The notes: a model not told the origin generated them from the letters alone. DNA of 64,000 bases from an uncultured Leptospirales bacterium (GCA_964392365.1 CAYMPH010000006.1:3198-67197); one strand, 5' to 3'; shown: positions 30,220-40,569, counted from the first letter of the stretch. A program made the numbers and translations.

Positions 30220-31025
30220 ATCCGGAAAGTCCAATTGGAATTTTTGATTCCGGTGTAGGCGGATTAACTGTATGCAAAGCAGTTCACGATCTTCTGCCTG
30301 CAGAAAACATTATCTATTTTGGAGATACAGCCCGTTTCCCATATGGGACACGCTCTAGCGAAACAATTATTAAATACTCAACTGAAATAACAGAATATCT
30401 TATTTCAAGAGGAGTTAAGATGATTGTAATCGCATGCAATACATCCTCAGCAGCAGCACTTGAGCATCTGAAAAATTCTTATGATATTCCGATAATCGGA
30501 GTAATAGATGCGGGGGCAAAAGCCGCAGTTCAGAAGCTGAAAGGCGATATAATCGGAGTTATAGGAACAAGGGCAACTGTGCAGAGCGGTTCATATGTCA
30601 GAGCAATAAAAAAAATTATGCCGGATATAAAGGTAGTACAGCAGCAGGCCACACTGTTCGTTTCAATAACAGAAGAAGGAATGACAGATACTGATATAGC
30701 AAAACTTACAGCCAGAGAATATATACAGGAAATGTATAATTCCGGAGTTAGAACACTTATTTTAGGCTGCACTCATTTTCCTTTGCTGAAAAAATCTATC
30801 AGCGAAGTTTTCCCGGATATTGAACTTGTTGACACAGGAATAGAAATAGCATATGAAGTCCAGAATATACTTAAAGAAAAAAATCTTGAAAATAGTAAAG
30901 GCATCGGCCATAAAGGAAATATTGAACTATATGCTTCTGATTTAACTGAAACACTTCAGAGACTGAAAGAAGCTTTCTTCGGAAATCATGGAATTGGTTT
31001 TAATAAATTTATAATGAACGGTTGA
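30210..31025 (+). CDS. murI: Glutamate racemase
   Basis: IGIFDSGVGGLTV and CNTSS...GCTHFP motifs. 271 aa. Overlaps the upstream gene by 10 nt. Confidence 0.9.
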   Translation: MEINPESPIGIFDSGVGGLTVCKAVHDLLPAENIIYFGDTARFPYGTRSSETIIKYSTEITEYLISRGVKMIVIACNTSSAAALEHLKNSYDIPIIGVIDAGAKAAVQKLKGDIIGVIGTRATVQSGSYVRAIKKIMPDIKVVQQQATLFVSITEEGMTDTDIAKLTAREYIQEMYNSGVRTLILGCTHFPLLKKSISEVFPDIELVDTGIEIAYEVQNILKEKNLENSKGIGHKGNIELYASDLTETLQRLKEAFFGNHGIGFNKFIMNG

Positions 31026-32095
31026 TTATGAAAAAAATACTGGCAGTATCCTCTCTAATCTTAATATTAACAATTTACGCTTCAGCTCAGAATAAAAACT
31101 GGGAACACTACGATATGGTTATTGCTATTGTAAATGAAACAGCAATTGTTGAAAGTGAAATCATGAACAAGCTGAATCAGAATGCTAAACTTAATAATGG
31201 CGTAATAAATGATGCAACAAAAAGTAAAATGATTGATCAATTCATTGAAAATGCCTTTGTATCGGAAGTCGCAAATACCCAGTCAATTATTGTGACAAAT
31301 AAAAAAGTTCTCGATTATGTTCAGAGACTCATGAAAGATTTTTTCAGCAAGAATATAGCGGATAAGAAGGAACTTGAAAATACAGTTCGTGACATCAGCG
31401 ATAGAATAGAAAAAAAAATAGATGAAGATCCTGTAAGTAAAAATGAAAAACTTGATAAGCTGACATCAGATTTTATCATGTTTATTGAAGATCAGAAAAA
31501 AATAAGTTTTGGAGAATTTTTTGAGGATATACGCACTCAGATGAAAAGAGAGCAGGTTATGTCAATTGCCATTGGAGTTACACCTCCATCAAAAGAGGAA
31601 ACTAAAAGATGGTTTATAAATAACAGCGATAAACTTGGAGACGAATTCACTTTAAAGCACATACTTATAAGACCCGGGGATAACTCACTTGCAGAACAGA
31701 AAATCACAAATAAAAAACTTGCTGATATCCGGGCAAGGATTATGGCTGGCGAATCTTTTGAAAAACTCGCATCCCAGTATTCACAGGATCCTGTAAGTGC
31801 CCAGAAAGGCGGAGACCTAGGCACGGTTTTACTTCAGGACCTTGACCCTTATTTTGCAAATTATGCAAATCAGCTATATAGAAAAGGTGAATTATCAAAT
31901 GTTGTTTCATCTTCTTTCGGATATCATCTGATTAAACTCGTTGATAGGAAACCAGTTTCCTATGAAAAAGTTGAAAAACTGATTATGTTTAAATTATATA
32001 ATGAAAGCATGCTTGAGCAATTTAACAAATGGGTAAATAAAAGAAGAATTGAATCCGATATTAAAATATATATGCCTAAGTATGTAAAAGGATAA
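31022..32095 (+). CDS. Peptidyl-prolyl cis-trans isomerase, SurA/PpiC (parvulin) family
   Basis: Signal peptide. Parvulin domain FTLKHILIRPGD...FEKLASQYSQDPVSAQKGGDLGTV...SSFGYHLIKL. 4-nt overlap with murI. Confidence 0.75.
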   Translation: MIMKKILAVSSLILILTIYASAQNKNWEHYDMVIAIVNETAIVESEIMNKLNQNAKLNNGVINDATKSKMIDQFIENAFVSEVANTQSIIVTNKKVLDYVQRLMKDFFSKNIADKKELENTVRDISDRIEKKIDEDPVSKNEKLDKLTSDFIMFIEDQKKISFGEFFEDIRTQMKREQVMSIAIGVTPPSKEETKRWFINNSDKLGDEFTLKHILIRPGDNSLAEQKITNKKLADIRARIMAGESFEKLASQYSQDPVSAQKGGDLGTVLLQDLDPYFANYANQLYRKGELSNVVSSSFGYHLIKLVDRKPVSYEKVEKLIMFKLYNESMLEQFNKWVNKRRIESDIKIYMPKYVKG

Positions 32096-32102
32096 CTTCA
32101 GA

Positions 32103-33605
32103 TTGAGTGAAATAAATTCAGATATTCTGATATTTGCTGATGCGCATCCAGAAGGATCAGATATTACTCATTTATATCTCAATGACTCTTTCATACCTGA
32201 TATTCTTTTCAATAAACTTAAAACATCAAAACTTATAAATAGAATTTACTTTTCTGTTCCAGCTTCTATATCTGAAAAATTCTCTCAATTTGAAAATGTT
32301 ATAATCAGAAACGGGAATGATGGAGTAGATTTCTGGAAGGATGTTTTTTCAAAAACTAATTCCTGTAATATAGTTAAACTATATGCTGATTCCCCTTTTA
32401 TTGATATTACAATTATTGAAGAAATGATTGCAATTCATCTGGAATATCTTGCAGAATTCACCTACTCAGACAATCTTCCTGAAGGTTTAGCCTGTGAAAT
32501 TTTTTCAAGTGATTTAATAAATCTTCTGCCGGAAACAAATGAAAAAACGCTTCAACTTGGAAAAATAATCAAATCAAACATAAATCAGTTCGATGTTGAA
32601 CTTTATTATAAAGAGCCCGATATAAGAGATAAAAGAATTTCATTCCGCTGTACAAATAAGCGCGATAAAATAATTCTTGAGAATATTTTTTCACTTTCAG
32701 AATCAATTCCTGCTTATTCTGAAATTAAAGAACTTATTGAGAAAAACCCTGATATTTTATATACAGGTCCTTCATATCTTGAAATAGAAATTACAGGGAA
32801 CTGTGATCTTGATTGTATTTTCTGTTACAGAAAAACTCTGAAAAAAAATCATTCGGATATGTCTTTAGCATCATTTAAAAAAATAATTTCAGAAATGGAA
32901 ATTTTTAAACTGCCCTATACAATCTGTTTTGGCGGTTCCGGAGAGCCTCTTTATAATCCTGATTTTTATAAAATTGCAGAAATTGCTTTGGAAAATTCTT
33001 TTGTAGAAAGAATAATTGTTGAAACAAACGGAATAAAAGCTGATTCAAATTATCTCTCTTTTCTTGAGGAAAAAGGTGCAGGGAAAATTACTACAATAGT
33101 AAATTTCAATGGACTTAATAAAGACAGTTATTCAGCAATTCATAGAAACGACTTTTTCGAAATTGTGTTTAAAAATATTATTACATTAAATAATTCTGAA
33201 AAAATATCCCCGAATATATATACGCAAATTATGAAAATTAATGAGACTAAACCGATTATAGATAAATATTACGACTTGCTTGAAAAAAATAAAGTGAAAA
33301 TAATTCTTCAGAAACAAAACATATATTCCGGTTCTATTGATGACAGAAGATATTCTGATCTTTCACCCGTTGATAGAGTTCCCTGCTGGCATCTGCAAAG
33401 AGATATGTATATTATTTCAGATGGTTCAGTATGTTTCTGCAAACAGGATGTTGACGGAAAATCAGCAAGGGGTAATATAAATTCAGAATCCGTTTCTGAT
33501 TTATGGGAAAAAGGAAAAAATGCATTTATTTCTGATTATTCAGGGAAATTTTCAGAAAAACCGGATTGCAAATCATGCGATGAATGGTACACCTTTAACT
33601 ATTAA
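32103..33605 (+). CDS. Radical SAM / SPASM-domain enzyme with uncharacterised ~220-aa N-terminal domain
   Basis: CxxxCxxC radical-SAM cluster motif EITGNCDLDCIFCYRK. C-terminal Cys-rich SPASM/twitch region CWHLQRDMYIISDGSVCFCKQD...CKSCDEW. TTG start. Confidence 0.8.
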   Translation: MSEINSDILIFADAHPEGSDITHLYLNDSFIPDILFNKLKTSKLINRIYFSVPASISEKFSQFENVIIRNGNDGVDFWKDVFSKTNSCNIVKLYADSPFIDITIIEEMIAIHLEYLAEFTYSDNLPEGLACEIFSSDLINLLPETNEKTLQLGKIIKSNINQFDVELYYKEPDIRDKRISFRCTNKRDKIILENIFSLSESIPAYSEIKELIEKNPDILYTGPSYLEIEITGNCDLDCIFCYRKTLKKNHSDMSLASFKKIISEMEIFKLPYTICFGGSGEPLYNPDFYKIAEIALENSFVERIIVETNGIKADSNYLSFLEEKGAGKITTIVNFNGLNKDSYSAIHRNDFFEIVFKNIITLNNSEKISPNIYTQIMKINETKPIIDKYYDLLEKNKVKIILQKQNIYSGSIDDRRYSDLSPVDRVPCWHLQRDMYIISDGSVCFCKQDVDGKSARGNINSESVSDLWEKGKNAFISDYSGKFSEKPDCKSCDEWYTFNY

Positions 33606-33629
33606 TTACTATTATTTTTAATAAAACAA

Positions 33630-34373
33630 ATGAAAATAAAAGCTACAGCTATAATCCAGGCAAGAATGAGCTCTGAAAGACTTCCTGGTAAATCTTTACT
33701 CCCTCTTGCAGGCAAACCTTTAATTTGGCATATAATAGAAAGAGCAAAACAAATTGAAAATATTACTGCGGTTGTTCTTGCTACAGGTGAATCTAAAATA
33801 AATGATCCTCTGGAATTGATTGCTGCTGAATGCGGAATTTCAGTATTCAGAGGTTCCGAAAACAATGTTCTTGAAAGATATAAACTTGCTTCTGATAAAC
33901 ACGGTTCAGATTATATAGTTCGAATAACAGGCGATAACCCTTTCACTGATCCGACATATGCTTCAATGGCACTTGAAATTGCAGTTGAATCCGGTGCGGA
34001 TCTTTCATCCTTAATAAATATTCCAATTGGTACTGCAGTAGAAATTATTAAAAAATCAGCTCTGGATGAAGCTTTTTCCATGAGTCACGAAGGGTATCAT
34101 TTTGAGCATGTAACCCCATACATTAAAGAGCATCCTGAACTTTTCAATATTGAAAGACATCCTGCTTCGTTTGAGAATCCATTTGAAAATCTCCGCTTAA
34201 CAGTTGATACGAAAGAAGATTACTCCCTTGCTTCTAAAATTTATGAAGCTCTATATAAAGGGAAAAACTTTCCTCTTGAAACTGTTATCAGCTTCCTTGA
34301 AAAAAATCCTGAACTTGTAAAAATAAACACCGGAATAAAACAACGCGGAATGACACACTCAACTTATGAGTAA
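33630..34373 (+). CDS. Cytidylyltransferase, SpsF/PseF (acylneuraminate cytidylyltransferase-like) family
   Basis: N-terminal AIIQARMSSERLPGKSLLPLAGKPLIWHIIERAK matches the CMP-sugar synthetase / SpsF signature (ARxxSxRLPGK). Confidence 0.8.
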   Translation: MKIKATAIIQARMSSERLPGKSLLPLAGKPLIWHIIERAKQIENITAVVLATGESKINDPLELIAAECGISVFRGSENNVLERYKLASDKHGSDYIVRITGDNPFTDPTYASMALEIAVESGADLSSLINIPIGTAVEIIKKSALDEAFSMSHEGYHFEHVTPYIKEHPELFNIERHPASFENPFENLRLTVDTKEDYSLASKIYEALYKGKNFPLETVISFLEKNPELVKINTGIKQRGMTHSTYE

Positions 34374-35277
34374 AGTAATATCGATAATTACAGACTGGAG
34401 CGCTTCTATCGGCTCAGGCCATATTCAGAGAATGATGTCACTCGCCCGTTTAATTAATTCAAAAAAAGACTTTAAAGCATATATTATAAATCAGAAAAAA
34501 TTTATAGAAGACTACAGAAAATTTGATGATATCATTCTCAATGATATTCATCCTGATACTTTTTTTATAATAAGGGATATGCGCGATTCTGTTCAGGATC
34601 AGATTGAAAAATTAAAAAAATTTGCGCCGGTTCTTGCAATTGATGATCTCGGTAAAGGATCAGACCACGCTGATTTTAAAATCAGCATTCTTCCGGATCC
34701 TCAAACAAATAAACATGATATAGATAAATTTTTATACGGTTACAATTTTTCTGAATCAATAAAGTCACTGCAATCAAAACCAATTTATAATAAAGATATT
34801 GATATTGCATTTTATACCGGTTATAAACGTGATCATAATTATGTCTCATCAATTATAAAACTTTTCCCTCATAATTCAACAGCTGCTGTTCTTTCAGGTA
34901 AAGAATCATTTCTGTTTCAAGATGGAGAAAGAAAAGAATTCACCCTGGAATTTTCAGAAGCACTTCTGAGATCAAAGATTTTAATTTCACATTTCGGCCT
35001 TACCATTTATGAAGGATTTGCGTGCAGAACTGTTCCAATGACAATTCATCCAACGCAATATCACGGGACTCTCACGAAAATAGTACAAAAAGAAATGGGG
35101 ATAATTGATCTGGGATTATTCGAAACTCTTGATAAAAACAGTGCAGCAGAAATTATTAAAAGAACTCTTGCGGATATTAAGGCTGAACCGGTTTCTCCAT
35201 CACAGGTTTTAAACAGGATCATAAATTCTGAAAATAATATCTATAATTTTATATTAAATATTACAAAAACAATATAA
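34366..35277 (+). CDS. PseG/SpsG-like UDP-sugar hydrolase / glycosyltransferase-28-like protein
   Basis: N-terminal IITDWSASIGSGHIQRMMSLARLI resembles the PseG/SpsG GxGHxxR motif. Overlaps the upstream gene by 8 nt. Confidence 0.55.
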   Translation: MSKVISIITDWSASIGSGHIQRMMSLARLINSKKDFKAYIINQKKFIEDYRKFDDIILNDIHPDTFFIIRDMRDSVQDQIEKLKKFAPVLAIDDLGKGSDHADFKISILPDPQTNKHDIDKFLYGYNFSESIKSLQSKPIYNKDIDIAFYTGYKRDHNYVSSIIKLFPHNSTAAVLSGKESFLFQDGERKEFTLEFSEALLRSKILISHFGLTIYEGFACRTVPMTIHPTQYHGTLTKIVQKEMGIIDLGLFETLDKNSAAEIIKRTLADIKAEPVSPSQVLNRIINSENNIYNFILNITKTI

Positions 35278-35326
35278 TCAATTGATAACAAATCCTGCTT
35301 GTATAATAAAATTATCTGATTTTTTT

Positions 35327-35905
35327 CTAAAAATAGAAACTTACATCAAAAGCACCGCCAAGAACAACTCCTGATAGAGTATCAGAAAAAAGTGGGATTG
35401 CAAAAATTCTTAGACCTGTAACCATATAAGTTTTTCCGGAATAAAATCCTAATCCAAAAAGCGAACTGACAATAGGCCCTGCAGAAAAAAATGGCATGCC
35501 TCTTGAATTAAAGCTCGAATGATAATCAGGTCCGTAGTTTAAACTTACTCCAAGCCCGGGACCGCCTACAAAATATAATTTTTCAGAAATCTTAGTTCTG
35601 AATTCAAAAGTTAATTGCGGTTCAAACTGAAGCAGACTGAATGCAGCTGCAAAAAGAATTGGCCGGAAAACTGGAAAATTAAGAACAAAAGAAAAATCAT
35701 TTGATGGACTGAATCTTGTATTCAGCATTATATCCGCTATCGGGCCTCCAGGGACTCCGCCTGTTGCTACACACATTCTAACATTATCATATCTTCCGCC
35801 TGCTGTTACATTTATTCCAATAGATACCGGTTTAAACTCCTGAGCAGAAAGAACGGCTGGAATTATCATTAAAAGCAGTATTATAAGAGCGAATTTTTTT
35901 TTCAT
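35327..35905 (-). CDS. Small outer-membrane beta-barrel protein candidate
   Basis: Signal peptide MKKKFALIILLLMIIPAVLSAQE. Alternating hydrophobic pattern. C-terminal ...DVSFYF. Confidence 0.5.
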   Translation of the reverse strand: MKKKFALIILLLMIIPAVLSAQEFKPVSIGINVTAGGRYDNVRMCVATGGVPGGPIADIMLNTRFSPSNDFSFVLNFPVFRPILFAAAFSLLQFEPQLTFEFRTKISEKLYFVGGPGLGVSLNYGPDYHSSFNSRGMPFFSAGPIVSSLFGLGFYSGKTYMVTGLRIFAIPLFSDTLSGVVLGGAFDVSFYF

Positions 35906-35918
35906 GTAAACCTCTATT

Positions 35919-36107
35919 TTATAATCTATCTTCAGCCTGACTCCTGAGAGCGATGATTAATTGCTCGTCATGAATGTATCCAAGACCAATTAAAATTTCG
36001 CCAAGAAGACCACCGTCTTTTACCTGCTTTTTCAAGGCTAAATCAAGCTGCCATTCAGAAATAGAACCGCCTTTTACAAGATATTCACCTAACTTCAAAT
36101 TTTCCAT
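35919..36107 (-). CDS. Standalone T2SSE_N / MshEN-like domain protein (62 aa)
   Basis: LGEYLVKGGSISEWQLDLALKKQ...LGEILIGLGYIHDEQLIIAL resembles the tandem 24-aa motifs of the GspE N-terminal (MshEN) domain, which binds c-di-GMP in some members. Confidence 0.4.
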   Translation of the reverse strand: MENLKLGEYLVKGGSISEWQLDLALKKQVKDGGLLGEILIGLGYIHDEQLIIALRSQAEDRL

Positions 36108-36190
36108 AAATAGCTTTCCATTATGAATTATACTTAATTTATTTTAAATATAGATTATTAGCGGGGTTATTGCAATAACTTTTTATTATT

Positions 36191-36898
36191 TTATTTTGCT
36201 GCAGTTGATGAAGAAAGCTTTCTGCGTTTATTTTCAAGCTTTTTCAGGTGAGTGTTTATTATTTTTTCAAAATTTAGAGAACCGTTATTTATTGAAAATC
36301 TTTCAGATTCCATAAAACTGAGATCCGTTGTAATTTTAATTTTGCCGGCTTCTTTAGAATATTTCTGCGCTTCTTTCCAGAAAGGCAGAGCTTCCTTATA
36401 ATATTTTTCAGCAATATCCATGCTTTCATTGATTTCTTTCGCAAAAACCGGATCATAAAATTTTACTTCTATTCTATCATATTTCGAAGCTATTGTCATA
36501 TGGCTTCTCATTATCAAAAGATTAATATGCATAAACATGAGATTTCTATATTTGTGATATTCTTTATCCGAGTTAATTTTAACAAGTGCTTTTGAAGGGA
36601 ATCTGAAATTGCTTTTTAGTGCAGCCTGCAAATAAGAAATATTTTTTCTTAATGTGTTCTCATTATAATATTGTTTAAGCCCGTAAAGTACATAAAAATC
36701 TTCAACAAAATGAGGAACTGTATCATTATGAAGCCTGTTACGCACAATATAATCTGAGAATGGAAGGTACTGACTTTCATCCTTCTCATTATTAAAATAC
36801 TGATACTGGTAATCCTCAGCAGATATCAATACCGGGAAAATAAGAAGCATCAGTAATATAAATATTTTTTCCAGTATATTATTATCAGCAAGTTTCAT
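36191..36898 (-). CDS. Secreted hypothetical protein
   Basis: Signal-peptide-like N-terminus. 235 aa. No motif. Confidence 0.5.
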   Translation of the reverse strand: MKLADNNILEKIFILLMLLIFPVLISAEDYQYQYFNNEKDESQYLPFSDYIVRNRLHNDTVPHFVEDFYVLYGLKQYYNENTLRKNISYLQAALKSNFRFPSKALVKINSDKEYHKYRNLMFMHINLLIMRSHMTIASKYDRIEVKFYDPVFAKEINESMDIAEKYYKEALPFWKEAQKYSKEAGKIKITTDLSFMESERFSINNGSLNFEKIINTHLKKLENKRRKLSSSTAAK

Positions 36899-37060
36899 TT
36901 TTTATTCGTTCCAGAGAAATTATTATATTTATTATCGGCATAAAACCGCTTTTTTTACAGGAAAACATGAATCTTCAGCATATATATTTAATTTTGCTTG
37001 TATGTTTTAATTTTTCTTATTATATTCTTAAGATTGAATTATATAAAAAAGAGATAAACT

Positions 37061-39232
37061 ATGACAAAAAAAATTGAACTTCAGCTTGCAGGTATGTCAT
37101 GCGCTGCCTGCGCACTTAGAATAGAAAAAGGCCTCAATAAAACAATAGGTGTAAATTCAGCTAATGTAAATTTTGCTGCAGAAAAAGCTTATCTTGATAT
37201 AAATCCGGAAAGTATTAATATTGAAAAGATAATTGAAACAGTACATAATCTTGGTTACGAAGCAATTGCTCAAAATGAAGTTAAAAAAAACAAACTTGAT
37301 GAAATAAAAAAACTTAAAATACTGATACTCATCTCATCTGTATTATCATTTCCTCTTGTTTTTGGTATGTTTCTCCAGCTTGTAAATATCAATATTCATA
37401 TTCTTCATGATCCTCTATTCCAGCTTTTTCTTTCAGCTCCTGTTCAATTTATTGTTGGCTGGAGATTTTATAAAAATTCATACCACAGTTTAAAATCATT
37501 GAGCCCTGGAATGGATGTTCTTGTTTCGATAGGAACTTTATCTGCTTTTTCATTCAGTGTATATAACGGTTTTTTTTCTCCGGTTTATTCAGACAGAATG
37601 AATCTATATTTTGAAGCTTCTTCAGTAATTATAACATTAGTACTGCTCGGAAAATATCTTGAAGAGTCAGCAAAAGGACGGACTTCCGAGGCTATTAAAA
37701 AACTTATGGTTCTCCAGCCCGATAAAGCAGTAATTATAAAAAATGGCGTGGAAACATTAACATCGATAGAAAATGTTCTGCCTGGAGATATTGTTCTGAT
37801 TAAACCAGGAGAAAGAATTCCTGCTGATGGTATAATTATTGAGGGAGAATCTTCTGTTGATGAAAGCATGATAACCGGTGAAAGCATGCCTGTTGATAAA
37901 TCAACAGGTAATCCTGTTTCAGCAGGAACAATTAATCTTTACGGTACATTTAAATTCACTGCGGAAAAAATAGGGAAAAATACTTTTCTCTCTCATATAA
38001 TTGAAACTGTAGAAAAAGCTCAGGGACTTAAACCTGCTATTCAAAAACTTGCAGATAAAATTGCAGGTGTTTTTGTACCTTCAGTTCTTGCAATTGCTGC
38101 AGTAACATTCTCTGTATGGTATTTCGGTTTTGGTAATTTCACGGGAGGATTAATGGCAGCTGTTGCAGTGCTTGTTATAGCGTGTCCATGCGCTTTAGGC
38201 CTTGCAACTCCAACAGCAATCATGGTTGGTACAGGCAAAGGTGCAGAGAACGGGATCCTGATTAAAAATCCTGACAGTCTTGAACTCGCTCATAAAATAA
38301 ATACTATTGTTCTTGATAAAACAGGTACTCTTACACAAGGCAAACCTGTGGTAACAGATATAATTTCATCAGAAAATTTTAATGACAGCGAACTTGCAAT
38401 TTTTGCCGGTTCAGCAGAAAAAAATTCAGAGCATCCGGTTGCAGCAGCTATTTCTGATTATGCGTTTTTAAATTTCGGAGAACTTCTGCCTGTACAGGAA
38501 TTTCAGGCAGTTCCGGGAAAGGGTGTAGAGGCTGTTATATCCGGCAAAAAAATTTCAATCGGCACTTCCAAATTTATGGATGAAAAAAAAATATCTTATT
38601 CATCATTTATTGAAAAAAAAGATTCCCTTGAAAAAACCGGTAAAACTGTAATGATCACTGCAGTTAATAATGAAACTGCAGGTTTAATTGCTGTTGCTGA
38701 TACGCTGAAAACAACCTCTGCGGAAGCAGTAAAACAGCTTAAAAAAATAGGCCTGGATGTAATTATGATTACAGGCGATAATCTCAGAACAGCACAGTAT
38801 ATAGCAAATCTTGCAGGCATTGAAAAAGTAATTGCTGAAGTTTTACCTGATGGAAAATCAGTTGAAATTATCAAATTAAGAAATGAAGGGAGAATTGTTG
38901 CTATGGTAGGCGATGGCATAAATGATTCCCCTGCTCTTGTATCAGCGGATATAGGCATTGCAATTGGCACTGGTACAGATATTGCTATTGAATCATCTGA
39001 TATCACGCTAATTAAAGGCGATCTTCTTTCAGTTGTAACTGCAATTAAGCTTTCAAGGAAAACCATGACTAAGATTAAACAGAATCTTTTCTGGGCGTTT
39101 TTTTATAATGTAATAGGAATTCCTATAGCAGCGCTTGGCTTGCTTAATCCTGTGTTTGCAGGAGCTGCAATGGCCCTAAGCTCAGTTTCAGTTGTTTCAA
39201 ACTCACTTGCTCTAAAAAGATTCAAAGCTTGA
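37061..39232 (+). CDS. copA: Copper-translocating P1B-type ATPase
   Basis: HMA domain GMSCAACALRIE. CPC motif IACPCALGLATP. DKTGTLT phosphorylation site. GDGINDSPAL hinge. Confidence 0.95.
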   Translation: MTKKIELQLAGMSCAACALRIEKGLNKTIGVNSANVNFAAEKAYLDINPESINIEKIIETVHNLGYEAIAQNEVKKNKLDEIKKLKILILISSVLSFPLVFGMFLQLVNINIHILHDPLFQLFLSAPVQFIVGWRFYKNSYHSLKSLSPGMDVLVSIGTLSAFSFSVYNGFFSPVYSDRMNLYFEASSVIITLVLLGKYLEESAKGRTSEAIKKLMVLQPDKAVIIKNGVETLTSIENVLPGDIVLIKPGERIPADGIIIEGESSVDESMITGESMPVDKSTGNPVSAGTINLYGTFKFTAEKIGKNTFLSHIIETVEKAQGLKPAIQKLADKIAGVFVPSVLAIAAVTFSVWYFGFGNFTGGLMAAVAVLVIACPCALGLATPTAIMVGTGKGAENGILIKNPDSLELAHKINTIVLDKTGTLTQGKPVVTDIISSENFNDSELAIFAGSAEKNSEHPVAAAISDYAFLNFGELLPVQEFQAVPGKGVEAVISGKKISIGTSKFMDEKKISYSSFIEKKDSLEKTGKTVMITAVNNETAGLIAVADTLKTTSAEAVKQLKKIGLDVIMITGDNLRTAQYIANLAGIEKVIAEVLPDGKSVEIIKLRNEGRIVAMVGDGINDSPALVSADIGIAIGTGTDIAIESSDITLIKGDLLSVVTAIKLSRKTMTKIKQNLFWAFFYNVIGIPIAALGLLNPVFAGAAMALSSVSVVSNSLALKRFKA

Positions 39233-39363
39233 AAAAATCAAAAAAAATTCTTGCATCTTCTTTACAAATAATCGATATTGAATATATAAGAAAAAACTTA
39301 TATTTTTGTATTAATTATTTCGTGAACTGCTAAATTTATAATTCAAACTGGAAAATATAAAAA

Positions 39364-40359
39364 ATGAAATATAAAATAAAAAAATTTCAAAGCCGTATTA
39401 ATGGCAAATTAAATGAAAAGCTGCAGATTTTTAAGAAAAAATCCGGCAAAAAATGGGAATATTTTTTACAAAAAGGTCATGAAAGAATGACAATAATGTT
39501 CATTCCTCATAATGAAAAAAAAATATTTAATTTTCAGATTTCAAAATTTACTATCTCATTTTTTGTATTGCTTTTCATGATAGTTCTCGTTACATCTTCA
39601 TACGCTCTTATCCGGAATAATGCTATAAAAAGAGAAGAAAAAAGACTTCTTCTTACATATCATGACATAAGAGCCCAGCTTCTTATTTTCGAAAATCTTA
39701 CAGTAAGCATAAAAGATCAGATCAGCGACATTAAACCCGAAATTGAAGATATTTACGAATATACTGCAGGCAGCAAAGAAAAAGAAAAAATCTGGTCTTT
39801 GCAGGATTACGACAAGGAAACACTTGATGAACTCAGAAAAATAAAGAATCTTCTGCCAGATGAAATATTTATGATTAAGGATATTCAGAAAGATATTATC
39901 TGTACTACAAATACTGTAAAAACTGTTAAAAATTTTATCGATGTTAGAAGTAAAGTAGTAAAAGATACACCATCTATAATTCCAAATGACGGACACATTA
40001 CTTCATTATTCGGATGGAGACGTTCTCCTTTCGGATATGGACGTGATTTTCATACAGGAATTGATATCGCTGCATCAAACGGAACGCCAATAAGAGCAAC
40101 TGCTCCTGGTGTTGTTGCATCAGTAGGCTGGACAGGCGGTTATGGATTCTCTGTAAGAATAAAACATAAATACGGCTTTGAAACAATATATGCACACTGC
40201 AGCAAAACAGCAGTTGAAAATGGGGCAACAATTACAAAAGGCCAGGTCATTGGATATGTCGGACAAACCGGAAATGCGACCGGAAACCACTGCCATTACG
40301 AAATCCGGCTTGGTAATTTACCAATAAATCCTTATCCTTATATGAGCAGAATCTGGTAA
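39364..40359 (+). CDS. M23-family metallopeptidase (LytM-like)
   Basis: HTGIDIAASNGTPIRATAPGVV...GNHCHYEIR, which is HxxxD...HxH. One N-terminal TM helix. Confidence 0.9.
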   Translation: MKYKIKKFQSRINGKLNEKLQIFKKKSGKKWEYFLQKGHERMTIMFIPHNEKKIFNFQISKFTISFFVLLFMIVLVTSSYALIRNNAIKREEKRLLLTYHDIRAQLLIFENLTVSIKDQISDIKPEIEDIYEYTAGSKEKEKIWSLQDYDKETLDELRKIKNLLPDEIFMIKDIQKDIICTTNTVKTVKNFIDVRSKVVKDTPSIIPNDGHITSLFGWRRSPFGYGRDFHTGIDIAASNGTPIRATAPGVVASVGWTGGYGFSVRIKHKYGFETIYAHCSKTAVENGATITKGQVIGYVGQTGNATGNHCHYEIRLGNLPINPYPYMSRIW

Positions 40360-40569
40360 TATCATTTATATAAGTTTTTATTTGTGAATATGCGGTTGAA
40401 TTTCTTCTGAAAAAAGAGAATCATTTTCACCCTTATATTTAACATAATCCTGATTGATTTATTTCTAAAAAAATACTGTAATATTAATTTTAAAACTCTT
40501 TTTTTTGATTGTATTCTATGAATACACCTTCCAATCTTATTAGCTAAAACAATTTCAAAATAAAAAATT

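Noticed and set aside
36130-36180. Palindrome GTTATTGCAATAAC followed by a T-run as a terminator
   Set aside because: The T-run is on the + strand, where no upstream gene exists. On the - strand the T-run precedes the hairpin. Probably fortuitous, or part of a promoter.
38596-39066. 156-aa antisense ORF inside copA, and the similar antisense ORFs at 8489-8758, 9498-9767, 17212-17571, 29722-30021 and 37585-37887
   Set aside because: They lie entirely within confidently assigned genes on the opposite strand and have low-complexity Ser/Ile-rich translations. They are shadow ORFs.
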